This document shows, one piece after another, positions 34,605 to 43,466 of a stretch of DNA of 64,000 nucleotides; the stretch's first letter is position 1, and the number at the start of each line of letters is the position of its first letter. The stretch is from the NCBI GenBank assembly GCA_038258425.1, contig JBBSPV010000020.1, forward strand, positions 663 to 64,662, given 5' to 3'. Below the pieces are notes generated by a model, which did no database searches, was not told the DNA's origin, and saw nothing but the letters and a program-made list of their open reading frames with translations. This stretch comes from Solirubrobacterales bacterium (lineage in GTDB: Bacteria; Actinomycetota; Thermoleophilia; Solirubrobacterales; Solirubrobacteraceae). A program made the translations under genes and the position numbers.

Positions 34605-36515
34605 TCACGAAGCTGCGACGGACGCGGCCCGGGCGGCCGCCTTGACGCTGCGGGCCAGGGTCTGGACGTCGTAGACGCCCTGGTGTCGCCGGCCGTTGAC
34701 GAAGAACGTCGGCGTGCCAGAGACGCCGCTGGCGTCGGCGCTCTGCACGTCCTGCGCGACCCGGGGCGCGAAGCGGCGGCGGCGCAGATCCTCCGAGAAG
34801 CGCTCGAGGTCGAGCCCGAGATCGGCGGCGTGGCGGTACAGGTCCGCGGGCGTCAGCCGGTCCTGGTGCTCGAGCAGCCGGTCGTGCATCGGCCAGAAGG
34901 CGCCCTGGGCGCCGGCGGACTCGGCCGCCTCCGACGCGGTCTGCGCGTCGGGGTGCACGTCGGTCAGCGGCAGGTGGCGGAAGACGTAGCGCAGCTCCGC
35001 GGCGAGGTCGTCGAGCAGCTCGGCGATGACCGGCGCGGCGTCGCCGCAGTAGGGGCACTCGAAGTCGCCGTACTCGATGAGCGTGACCGGCGCGTCCTCG
35101 CTCCCGCGCACGTGGTCGCGCTCGAGGTCGACGTCCTCGGCGAGGTCGACGAGCACGTCGGCCGTCGCGTTGAGCTGGCGCGCCCGCATGTCCGCCGGGA
35201 GGCGCAGCATGACCCGGAAGGCGAGCCACGCCAGCAGCGGTGACAGCACGGCGGTGGCGAGCACGCCGACCTTGGCCTCCTCCAGCAGGCGGCCCTCGAA
35301 GGCGATCGAGGCGACGAGCAGCGAGACGGTGAAGCCCACCCCGGCCGACGCGGCCGCCCCCGCCAGCGCGGGCCAGGTGACGGTGAGGCGGGCGCCACCG
35401 AGCGCGCGACGGGTCCCCAGCCAGGCGGCGCCCATGATGCCCAGCGGCTTGCCGAGGACGTATGCGGCGAGGATGCCGAGCGTCACCGGCGACGTGACCG
35501 CGGCCGACAGCAGGTCGCCGTCGAGCCGGATGCCGGCGTTGGCCAGCGCGAAGAGCGGGACGATCACCCGGCTCGTCCAGGGCAGCAGCCGGTACTGGAG
35601 CCGCTCGTTGGGCGAGATCGCCGAGGCGAGGCTCGCACGCGCCGAGTAGGCGAGCTCGGGCGTCGGCTGCTCGCGGAAGGAGCGGGTCAGCTCCGTGCTG
35701 CGCTCGAGGTCGCCGCGCGCCGCGGGATAGGCGCTGGTGATGAGCCCGATGGCCAGGCCGGCGATCACCGCGTCGACGCCGGACTCGAACATCGCCAGCC
35801 AGATCCCGACCCCGACGAGGACCGCGGCCGGCCCGCGCCACGACCCCGCCCAGCGCAGGGCGACGAGCACCGCGAAGAGCCCCGCCGCCACCACGAGCGC
35901 GACGACCGAGACGCGGTCGGAGTAGCCCAGCGCGATCACCAGCAGTGCCGCGAGATCGTCGATGACGACCAGCGTGAGCACGAAGACCCGCAGCCGGATC
36001 GCGCGCCCGCGCGTGACGAGCGCCAGCGTGCCGAGGGCCAGGGCGGTGTCGGTGGACACCGCGACGCCCCAGCCGCCGGCGCCGCGGCCGCCCGCGGTGA
36101 TCGCCAGGTACGTCGCGGCGGCCACCGCCATGCCACCCAGGGAGGCGAGGACGGGGATCGCGAGCCGGGTGCGCTCGCGCAGCTCTCCCAGGTCGAGCTC
36201 CCGCTTGGCCTCGAGGCCGACGACGAGGAAGAACAGCGTCATCAGCCCCTCGTTGACCCAGCCGCGCAGATCGGTGGCCAGCTCGCCACCGCCGAGCACG
36301 ACCGCGAGCCGCGTCTCCCACACCGAGGCGTAAGACGACGGCGACAGGTTGGCCCACAGCAGGGCGCAGACGGCCGCGACCGCCAGCACGACCGCCCCGC
36401 CCGTCTCGGCGTACAGGAACGCCCGGATGGGCGCCGCGAGGTTGCGCGCCCAGGCGGTGCGACCGCCGTCCGGGGTGCTGTCCGAGGCGGTGGCGATGCA
36501 CAGAGCCTGAACCAT
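34605..36515 (-). CDS. nhaA: NhaA Na+/H+ antiporter fused to a C-terminal DsbA-like thioredoxin domain
   Basis: NhaA part: WVNEGLMTLFFLVVGLEAKRE, VAVSTDTALALG. C-terminal part: IEYGDFECPYCG (CPYC), GVSGTPTFFVNG. Start at ATG 36515. Confidence 0.85.
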   Translation of the reverse strand: MVQALCIATASDSTPDGGRTAWARNLAAPIRAFLYAETGGAVVLAVAAVCALLWANLSPSSYASVWETRLAVVLGGGELATDLRGWVNEGLMTLFFLVVGLEAKRELDLGELRERTRLAIPVLASLGGMAVAAATYLAITAGGRGAGGWGVAVSTDTALALGTLALVTRGRAIRLRVFVLTLVVIDDLAALLVIALGYSDRVSVVALVVAAGLFAVLVALRWAGSWRGPAAVLVGVGIWLAMFESGVDAVIAGLAIGLITSAYPAARGDLERSTELTRSFREQPTPELAYSARASLASAISPNERLQYRLLPWTSRVIVPLFALANAGIRLDGDLLSAAVTSPVTLGILAAYVLGKPLGIMGAAWLGTRRALGGARLTVTWPALAGAAASAGVGFTVSLLVASIAFEGRLLEEAKVGVLATAVLSPLLAWLAFRVMLRLPADMRARQLNATADVLVDLAEDVDLERDHVRGSEDAPVTLIEYGDFECPYCGDAAPVIAELLDDLAAELRYVFRHLPLTDVHPDAQTASEAAESAGAQGAFWPMHDRLLEHQDRLTPADLYRHAADLGLDLERFSEDLRRRRFAPRVAQDVQSADASGVSGTPTFFVNGRRHQGVYDVQTLARSVKAAARAASVAAS

Positions 36516-36696
36516 CGGCGCGCGCGGGTGCGGCCATCCCGCAGCCGCCACGGGCCGGACCGCGCGCGGCTCGTCGACCGCTACGCCGACGCCCTGGTCG
36601 GGTCGAGCGCCGGCGGGGGCCACCGGTCGAGCGCTCGCGCGAACGCGGCTGACCGAGTCGGTAGGGTCGGCCTCCCAACTGCCAAGGAGCCGCCCC

Positions 36697-37728
36697 ATGC
36701 CGACCGGTGCCCATCTCGTGGGCAGCCTCCCCCTCGCCGACGCCGACGCGGTCTTCCGCGCCGCCGCCGAGACGCTGGGCGACCGGCTGCGGACGATCCC
36801 CGACGGCGAGACGGGTGAGCGGACGATCTGGATCCAGTGGCAGGCCGGCGTCTTCGCCGAGCACCCCGACCTCGAGGTCAACCCGGTGCCCGAGGGTCAG
36901 TACGCACCGTTCGACCAGTACCGCCTGCGCGCCGGCGCCGATCCGGCCCACCTGCGCTTCGAGCGGCTCGGCTACGCCGAGCAGGCCGAGCGCTCCTTCG
37001 CGCGGTTCGCCGAGCTGCAGCAGGAGGGCGCGATCGCGGACCACGTGCGCCTCCAGGTCAGCCTGCCGACGCCCGCGGCCCCGGTGACGCAGGTCGTGGC
37101 GCCCGACTGGCGCGCCGCCGTCGAGCCCGCCTACGAGGAGGCGCTGCTGCGCGAGGTCGATCAGCTCGCCCGCGCCCTCCCCCACGACCGGCTCGCCGTC
37201 CAGTGGGACGTGGCCATCGAGGTCGGCATGTGGGAGGGCCTCGGCGGGCTGTTCACCCCGTGGTTCGACGACGTCCACGACGCGATCATCGAGCGCCTCG
37301 CCCGCATCTCGGCCCGCGTCCCCGACGACGTCGCGCTCGGCTATCACCTCTGCTACGGCGACTACGGGCACGAGCACTTCGTCCAGCCCGCCGACACGGC
37401 CAACCTCGTGGCCCTCGCCAACCGGCTCTCCGAAGCGGTGGGGCGCCCGATCGCCTGGGTGCACCTCCCGGTCCCGCGCGAGCGCGACGACGCCGCCTAC
37501 TTCGCACCGCTGCGCGACCTGCGCCTGCACCCCGAGACCCAGCTGCACCTCGGCCTCGTGCACCACACCGACGGCGCCGAGGGCGCCCGCCGGCGCATCG
37601 CGGCCGCTCAGGACACCATCGAGGACTTCGGCGTCGCCACGGAATGCGGTTTCGGCCGCCGCCCCGCCGAGCAGGTCCGCCCGCTGCTGGAGCTGCACCG
37701 CGAGCTCACGGGGCCCGTGGCGTCCTGA
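36697..37728 (+). CDS. hypothetical protein, possibly MetE/UROD-like fold
   Basis: 343 aa with native composition. LCYGDYGHEHF and a TECGFGRR tail are reminiscent of cobalamin-independent methionine-synthase-like proteins. The family call is weak. Confidence 0.5.
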   Translation: MPTGAHLVGSLPLADADAVFRAAAETLGDRLRTIPDGETGERTIWIQWQAGVFAEHPDLEVNPVPEGQYAPFDQYRLRAGADPAHLRFERLGYAEQAERSFARFAELQQEGAIADHVRLQVSLPTPAAPVTQVVAPDWRAAVEPAYEEALLREVDQLARALPHDRLAVQWDVAIEVGMWEGLGGLFTPWFDDVHDAIIERLARISARVPDDVALGYHLCYGDYGHEHFVQPADTANLVALANRLSEAVGRPIAWVHLPVPRERDDAAYFAPLRDLRLHPETQLHLGLVHHTDGAEGARRRIAAAQDTIEDFGVATECGFGRRPAEQVRPLLELHRELTGPVAS

Positions 37729-37840
37729 GGGACGGCGGTCAGCCCGGCTGCCGCGTGGCGAGGTGCGCCCGCCCGACGAGGCTCGCGCCGCGCGGGCTCG
37801 CCTTCGGCCTCCCCGCTTGGTATGACACCGGGCGCGCGCC

Positions 37841-39241
37841 ATGGACCTCGACCTCCTCGTCATCGGCTCGGGTCCCGGCGGCCAGCGGGCGGCCATCCAG
37901 GCGGCCAAGCTCGGCAAGCGCGTAGGCGTGGTGGAGCGGCGCGAGCGCGTCGGCGGGGTGTCGATCCACACCGGCACCGTCCCCTCCAAGACGCTGCGCC
38001 AGGCCATCCTCGAGGACATCGCCGGCCGCGGCGCCGACGTGCCCGATCCGTTGCACCCTGACCGTCACGAGGTCGCGGCGGCCGAGTTCCTGCGCGACCG
38101 CACGGCGCGGGTCGTCGCCGACGAGACCGCGGTGGTGCGCGAGCAGTTCCGCCGCAACGGGGTCGGGCTGCTCGTGGGCGCCGCGGCGTTCGAGGACGAG
38201 CACACGCTCCGCATTCACGACGAGAGCGGCGAGGTCCAGGACACGACCGTGAGCGCCGAGCACGTCGTCATCGCCGTCGGCACCCGCCCCGCCCGGCCCG
38301 AGGGCGTGGCCTTCGACGACCGACGGGTGATCGACTCCGACGGCATCCTGCGGCTCGAGCACCACGTGCCGCCCACGATGACGGTGGTCGGCGCGGGCGT
38401 CATCGGCGTCGAGTTCACCTCGATGTTCGCGGCCATGGGCACCCGCGTGACGCTCGTGGACGCGCGCGAGCGCCTGCTTCCCGCGATCGACCGCGAGATC
38501 GCGACGGCACTGCAGTACCTACTGCGCAAGCGCAACGTCACCTACCGCTTCCAGGAGGAGGTCACGTCGGTCGAGCGCGACGGCGATCGCGTCCTCACTC
38601 ACCTGCGCTCGGGCAAGCACATCGCCTCGCACACGCTGCTCTATGCGACGGGCCGCCAGGGCGCCACCGCGGGCCTCGCTCTGCAGCGGGCCGGGCTCAA
38701 GGCCGACAAGCGGGGACGCATCGCGGTCGACGAGGACTTCCGGACGTCCGTCGGGCACATCTTCGCCGTCGGCGACGTCGCCGGCCCCCCGGGGCTGGCG
38801 GCCACGAGCATGGAGCAGGGCCGGATCGCCGCCCTACACGCCTTCGGCGAGCCCGTCGCCCAGCTTCCCGACCTCGTGCCGATCGGGATCTACGCGATCC
38901 CCGAGATTTCCTACGTGGGCCGCACGGAGGAGGAGCTCACCGAGGCCGCCGTGCCCTACGTGGTCGGCGTCGCCTGGTGGCGGGAGCTCGCCAAGGCGCT
39001 GATGATGCGCGAGGAGGACGGCCTGCTCAAGATCCTCGTCTCCCCGGAGGATCGCCGGCTGCTCGGGGTGCACGTGATCGGCTCGCAGGCCACCGACCTC
39101 GTCCACATCGGCCAGGCGCTGATGGACCGCGACGGCGCGCTGGACTTCCTCGTCTCGGCGGTCTTCAACTACCCGACGCTGGCCGAGGCCTACAAGGTCG
39201 CCGGCCTCGACGCGCTCAACCGCCTGCGCGACATGCAGTAG
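37841..39241 (+). CDS. sthA: soluble pyridine nucleotide transhydrogenase
   Basis: Aligns by eye along its length with E. coli SthA: VIGSGPGG, GTVPSKTLRQAI (no CxxxxC disulfide), IPEISYVGRTE, FNYPTLAEAYKVAGLDALNRL. Confidence 0.85.
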   Translation: MDLDLLVIGSGPGGQRAAIQAAKLGKRVGVVERRERVGGVSIHTGTVPSKTLRQAILEDIAGRGADVPDPLHPDRHEVAAAEFLRDRTARVVADETAVVREQFRRNGVGLLVGAAAFEDEHTLRIHDESGEVQDTTVSAEHVVIAVGTRPARPEGVAFDDRRVIDSDGILRLEHHVPPTMTVVGAGVIGVEFTSMFAAMGTRVTLVDARERLLPAIDREIATALQYLLRKRNVTYRFQEEVTSVERDGDRVLTHLRSGKHIASHTLLYATGRQGATAGLALQRAGLKADKRGRIAVDEDFRTSVGHIFAVGDVAGPPGLAATSMEQGRIAALHAFGEPVAQLPDLVPIGIYAIPEISYVGRTEEELTEAAVPYVVGVAWWRELAKALMMREEDGLLKILVSPEDRRLLGVHVIGSQATDLVHIGQALMDRDGALDFLVSAVFNYPTLAEAYKVAGLDALNRLRDMQ

Positions 39242-39338
39242 CGGCGACGCGCGGGCGCCGGCGCCTTGCGCCCCGGCCCCCGCGGCGCGATGCTGCCGTG
39301 TCGAGAACGACCGCCGAGCTCGAGGAGGCGACGCAGCG

Positions 39339-39701
39339 ATGGCCGACAAGGTGCTGGTCAACCTGGCGACGGGTCTGGAGGACGCCGAGCGCGTCACCGT
39401 CGCCTTCCTCGTGGCGGGCGCCGCGACCGAGCGCGGCCAGGCCGTCGCCATGTGGCTGACCAAGGAGGCGGTGCGACTCGCCACGCCGGGCCACGCGCAG
39501 GGCGTCGCCTGCGACGGGTGCCCGCCGCTCGCGCGGCTCTTCGAGCAGTTCGCCGACGGGGGCGGCGAGCTGCTGGTGTGCCCGATCTGCGTGAAGGCGC
39601 GCGGGCTGGACGCCGACACGTTCGTGCCCAACGCCCGCGTGGCGGGCGCCAGCCCGATGCTCGAGTGGCTCGGCGACGGCGCCGCCGTCTTCAGCTACTG
39701 A
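39339..39701 (+). CDS. DsrE/DsrF-like family protein
   Basis: 120 aa: KVLVNLATGLEDAERVTVAFLVAGAA...LLVCPICVKARGL. This is the typical DsrE-fold pattern. Confidence 0.65.
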   Translation: MADKVLVNLATGLEDAERVTVAFLVAGAATERGQAVAMWLTKEAVRLATPGHAQGVACDGCPPLARLFEQFADGGGELLVCPICVKARGLDADTFVPNARVAGASPMLEWLGDGAAVFSY

Positions 39702-39757
39702 CCCGGCGCCCCCGCGGCGTAGGCGAACCGTCGGGCCCGCCGCGGGGTCTGAGGCGC

Positions 39758-41155
39758 ATGTGGCCACGCGAACTGCTGCGCGCGGCCGGGGGCCGGGCCC
39801 GTGCCCTGCGCCTGGCGAGTCGCCCCGTGCACCCCGACACCGAGGCGGCCCTGCGGCGCCGGTGGCTCGACCTGCCGGTCGCGGTGCGCACCCGTGCCCA
39901 GCTGCTCGGGCGGCGCAGCACCGGCTGCGAGGGCACGCACGGCGTGTTTCCCCGCTGTGACCTGGCCTGCACGCCGTGCTACCACGCGAAGGCCGCACAG
40001 CAGGTCCGCACGGACGGGCCCCACACGCTGCGCGAGGTCGCGCGGCAGATGGCGCATCTGCGCCGGGTTCGCGGAACCGGGCAGCACGCGCAGCTCATCG
40101 GCGGCGAGGTGACGCTGCTCGGGCCGGAGGCGCACGCCCGGGCGCTGGAGGCGATGGAGCGCCACGGACGCAAGCCGATGAGCATGACCCACGGCGACTT
40201 CGACGCGGCCTACCTGCGCGCTCTCGCGCTGCGTCCCGACGGACGGCCGCGGTTTCGCAGGCTGCGGGTCGCCGGACACTTCGACGCGCTGATGCTCGGC
40301 CGCCGCGGGATGCCGCGGCCGCGCCGCGAGGCCGACCTGCACGCGGCGCGGGCGAGCTTCGTGGCGATGTTCGAGGCGCTGCGCAGCAGCCACGGCGTCG
40401 CCTTCGACCTCGCGCACAACATGACCGTCACGCCGCGCAACCTCGCCGAGGTCGCCGAGGTCGTGCAGATCGGCCTGCGGCTCGGCTTCGGCATGCTCTC
40501 CTTCCAGCCCGCCGCGCACGTCGGCAACCCCAGCCGGTGGAAGGAGGACTACCGGGCGGTGACGCTCGACGCCGTGTGGGGGGAGCTCGAGCGCGGCGCC
40601 GGCACGCGGCTGCCGTGGGCGCACCTGCAGATGGGCGACGCCCGCTGCAACCGCGCCGCCTACGGCGTGCTCGCCGGCGGACGCTGGACCCCGCTGCTCG
40701 ACGACCGCGACGCGCGCGACCTGCGCGTGCGCGACGCGTTCCTCGCCGGCTTCGGCGGCATGGACTTCGAGCGCCCGGCGCTGCCGCTGGCCATCGCGAT
40801 CGGCCGCGTGGTCGCACGGCGGCCGTCCGCCGTGCCGCTGGCCGCCGCCTGGGCGTGGCGCTTCGGGCGTCGCGCCGGCCTCCGGCGCCTGCTGACCGGC
40901 CGTTGGCGGCCGCTGACCTTCGTCGTGCACGCCTTCATGGACGCCGACGTCGTCGGCCCCGCGTGGGCGGCCCTGCAGCGCGGCGAGCGCGCCGCCGAGC
41001 CCGAGGTCCGGGCCGCGCAGGAGCGGCTGCAGGCCTGCTCCTACACCATGGCCCACCCCGACGCGGGGCGCCTCGTCCCCGCGTGCGTGCAGCATGCGGT
41101 CCTCGACCCCGAGGAGAACCTCGCCCTGCGGCGCCTGCTGCCCGTGCGCCCGTGA
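39758..41155 (+). CDS. radical SAM domain protein
   Basis: FPRCDLACTPCYH gives the CxxxCxxC cluster motif, followed by LIGGEVTLLGPE (GGE-like SAM motif). 465 aa from ATG 39758. Confidence 0.65.
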   Translation: MWPRELLRAAGGRARALRLASRPVHPDTEAALRRRWLDLPVAVRTRAQLLGRRSTGCEGTHGVFPRCDLACTPCYHAKAAQQVRTDGPHTLREVARQMAHLRRVRGTGQHAQLIGGEVTLLGPEAHARALEAMERHGRKPMSMTHGDFDAAYLRALALRPDGRPRFRRLRVAGHFDALMLGRRGMPRPRREADLHAARASFVAMFEALRSSHGVAFDLAHNMTVTPRNLAEVAEVVQIGLRLGFGMLSFQPAAHVGNPSRWKEDYRAVTLDAVWGELERGAGTRLPWAHLQMGDARCNRAAYGVLAGGRWTPLLDDRDARDLRVRDAFLAGFGGMDFERPALPLAIAIGRVVARRPSAVPLAAAWAWRFGRRAGLRRLLTGRWRPLTFVVHAFMDADVVGPAWAALQRGERAAEPEVRAAQERLQACSYTMAHPDAGRLVPACVQHAVLDPEENLALRRLLPVRP

Positions 41156-42594
41156 GCCGGCGCTACGACCTCGTCGTGGTCGGGGGCGGCACCGCCGGGC
41201 TCGTCGCCTCGACCCTCGCCGCCGGCCTCGGGGCGCGCGTGGTGCTGATCGAGCGCGAGCGCACGGGTGGAGACTGCCTGTGGACCGGCTGTGTGCCGAG
41301 CAAGAGCCTGATCGCGTCCGCTCGCCTCGTGCACGCCATGCGCCACGCCGCCGACCTCGGGCTGTCCCCGGTCGAGCCGGAGGTCGACTACGCGCGCGTC
41401 ATGGACCGCGTGCACGCGGCGATCGCGACCCTCGAGCCCCACGACGCCCCGGCCCGGCTGCGCGCCGCGGGTGTGGAGGTGCTCGGCGGCTCCGGGCGAT
41501 TCGTGGACGGGGCGACCGTCGAGGTCGACGGGCACCGGCTCGACTTCGCCGCCGCCCTCGTCGCCACCGGCGCGGCGCCCGTCGTGCCTTCGCTGGCCGG
41601 CCTGGACGCCCCCGACGTGCTGACCAGCGAGACGCTCTGGGGCGAGCGCGAGCTGCCGGCCCGGCTCGCGGTCCTGGGGGGCGGCCCGATCGGCTGCGAG
41701 CTCGCCCAGGCCTTCGCGCGCCTCGGCTCGGCGGTCGTGCTCGTCGAGGCCGAGGACCGCCTGCTGCCCGCCGAGGAGCCCGCGGCGAGCGCGCTCGTCG
41801 CCCGGGCCCTCGGCGCCGACGGCGTGGACGTCCGCCTCGGGGCCACCGCGCTCCACGCCCGCCGCGACGGCGCGGCGCGGACCCTCGCGCTCGAGGACGC
41901 GAGCGACGGCGCGGCGGTGCCGTTCGACCGGCTGCTCGTGGCCGTCGGCCGGCGACCGCGGACCGCCGGGCTCGGGCTCGAGGAGGCGGGCGTGACGGTC
42001 GACGCGCGCGGCGCGGTGGTGGTCGACGAGCGCCTGCGCACCGCCGCGCCGCGGATCTATGCCGCGGGGGACGTGACGGCGCGGCTGCCGTTCACCCACG
42101 TCGCGGCCCACCACGCGCGGGTGGCCGCGGTCAACGCCCTGCTCGGCACGCGCCGGAGGGTCGACGACGTCCTTCCCTGGGTGACGTTCACCCACCCCGA
42201 GGTCGCGCGCGTCGGCCTCACCGAGGCGCAGGCACGGGCGCGCTGGGGCGCCCGCGCGACGGTCGCCCAGAGCGACTACGCCACCCTGGACCGCGCGGGC
42301 ACCGAGGCCGACACGCGCGGCTTCGCGCTGCTCGTCGGCGACCCGCGCGGGCGCCTCGTGGGCGCGACCGTCGCGGCGCCGGCCGGTGGCGAGGCGATCG
42401 CGGAGCTCACCGCCCGCGTCAAGGCCGGCGACAAGCTCGACGCGCTCTCGACCACCGTGCACGCCTACCCCACCTTCGCCGAGGGACCCTCGCGGGCCGC
42501 CGACGAGTACCTGCGGCGGCGCTACGGCCGGCCGGCCTACCGGCGCCTGGTGCGGCCGCTGCTGTGGGCCCGCCGCACGCTCAAGCCGCGATGA
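41152..42594 (+). CDS. FAD-dependent pyridine nucleotide-disulfide oxidoreductase (dihydrolipoyl dehydrogenase / mercuric reductase-like)
   Basis: YDLVVVGGGTAGL, GGDCLWTGCVPSK (CxxxxC redox disulfide), and a second Rossmann motif VLGGGPIGCE. GTGA overlap with the radical SAM gene. Confidence 0.85.
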   Translation: MSRRYDLVVVGGGTAGLVASTLAAGLGARVVLIERERTGGDCLWTGCVPSKSLIASARLVHAMRHAADLGLSPVEPEVDYARVMDRVHAAIATLEPHDAPARLRAAGVEVLGGSGRFVDGATVEVDGHRLDFAAALVATGAAPVVPSLAGLDAPDVLTSETLWGERELPARLAVLGGGPIGCELAQAFARLGSAVVLVEAEDRLLPAEEPAASALVARALGADGVDVRLGATALHARRDGAARTLALEDASDGAAVPFDRLLVAVGRRPRTAGLGLEEAGVTVDARGAVVVDERLRTAAPRIYAAGDVTARLPFTHVAAHHARVAAVNALLGTRRRVDDVLPWVTFTHPEVARVGLTEAQARARWGARATVAQSDYATLDRAGTEADTRGFALLVGDPRGRLVGATVAAPAGGEAIAELTARVKAGDKLDALSTTVHAYPTFAEGPSRAADEYLRRRYGRPAYRRLVRPLLWARRTLKPR

Positions 42595-43466
42595 CCGCCA
42601 CGGCCGCGGCCCCGCCGGGCACCGAGGGCGAGCGCTGGGCGCGCCACGAGCTCGAGCGGCTGCGGGCGGCGAGCTTTGCGCCGCGCGCGCTGGCGGAGTT
42701 TCTCGGCGCCTCGGCGGCGCGGGCCGGCACGGTCCGCCACGACCGGCCGGCGCTCGCGCGGCAGGCGCGCCGCTGGTCGGCGACGGGCGGCCTCGGCTGG
42801 TGCGCGCTCGCCGCGGCCGGGCGTGAGCCCTTCCGGCGCCGGCTCGCACCCGGGCTGGTCTGGTGGGGCGCCGTCGCCGTGATGCTCGAGTGGCATCTCG
42901 GCATGCTCGAGACGGCGGACGGCCGGCCGCGGCCGCTCGGGCCGGCCGACGCCCTCACCCTCGCCCGGGCCTGGCTCGTGCCCGTCGTCGCCGACGACCT
43001 GCATCCCGCCGCGCTGCTCGGCGCGGCGACGACCGACCTGCTCGACGGCGTCCTCGCGCGAGCGACCGCGCCGACGCGCGCCGGCCGCGACCTCGAGGGC
43101 CTCGTCGACAGCGCCGTGTTCCTCGCCGCGCTGTCGGCGGCTGCCCGCACGGGCCGCCTGGCCCCGGCCACCGTCGCCCTCGAGCGGCTGCGCCTGGCCA
43201 TGGGCGTCGGGTACTCCACCCTCGCCTACCTCGTGTGGCTCGAGCGTCCCGACCCGGGCGTGACCCGCGCCGCGCGGCTCGCGACGCCGCTGCGCGTGGC
43301 CGGGCTGCTCGCCGCCGGCACGAACCGGCGCGCCCGGGCCGACACGCTGGTCGCCGCCGGATCGCTGATCAGCCTCGCCTCCCACGTCCGGGGCGGGCGA
43401 CGCCGCCGCCGCTCGCCGCGGCCCGGGCCGAACCCTCTCGGGCCCCCGGGGGTCCAAGAGCGGTGA
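42591..43466 (+). CDS. CDP-alcohol phosphatidyltransferase family membrane protein
   Basis: TDLLDGVLARATAPTRAGRDLEGLVDSA fits D-x2-DG-x2-AR-x8-G-x3-D-x3-D. ATGA overlap with the upstream gene. Confidence 0.7.
   Translation: MTATAAAPPGTEGERWARHELERLRAASFAPRALAEFLGASAARAGTVRHDRPALARQARRWSATGGLGWCALAAAGREPFRRRLAPGLVWWGAVAVMLEWHLGMLETADGRPRPLGPADALTLARAWLVPVVADDLHPAALLGAATTDLLDGVLARATAPTRAGRDLEGLVDSAVFLAALSAAARTGRLAPATVALERLRLAMGVGYSTLAYLVWLERPDPGVTRAARLATPLRVAGLLAAGTNRRARADTLVAAGSLISLASHVRGGRRRRRSPRPGPNPLGPPGVQER

Noticed and set aside
34591-38019. 1142-aa minus-strand ORF, with similar giants at 22531-24087, 27116-28567, 41041-42849, 59101-60711 and 60737-63271
   Set aside because: All are compositionally non-native Arg/Pro/Gly runs. 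They overlap genes with clear family signatures in another frame or on the other strand.
39339-39701. The DsrE-like protein checked as a possible second selenoprotein, since this family has Sec members
   Set aside because: The ORF is uninterrupted, with Cys at the candidate positions (ACDGC, VCPIC). There is no in-frame TGA.
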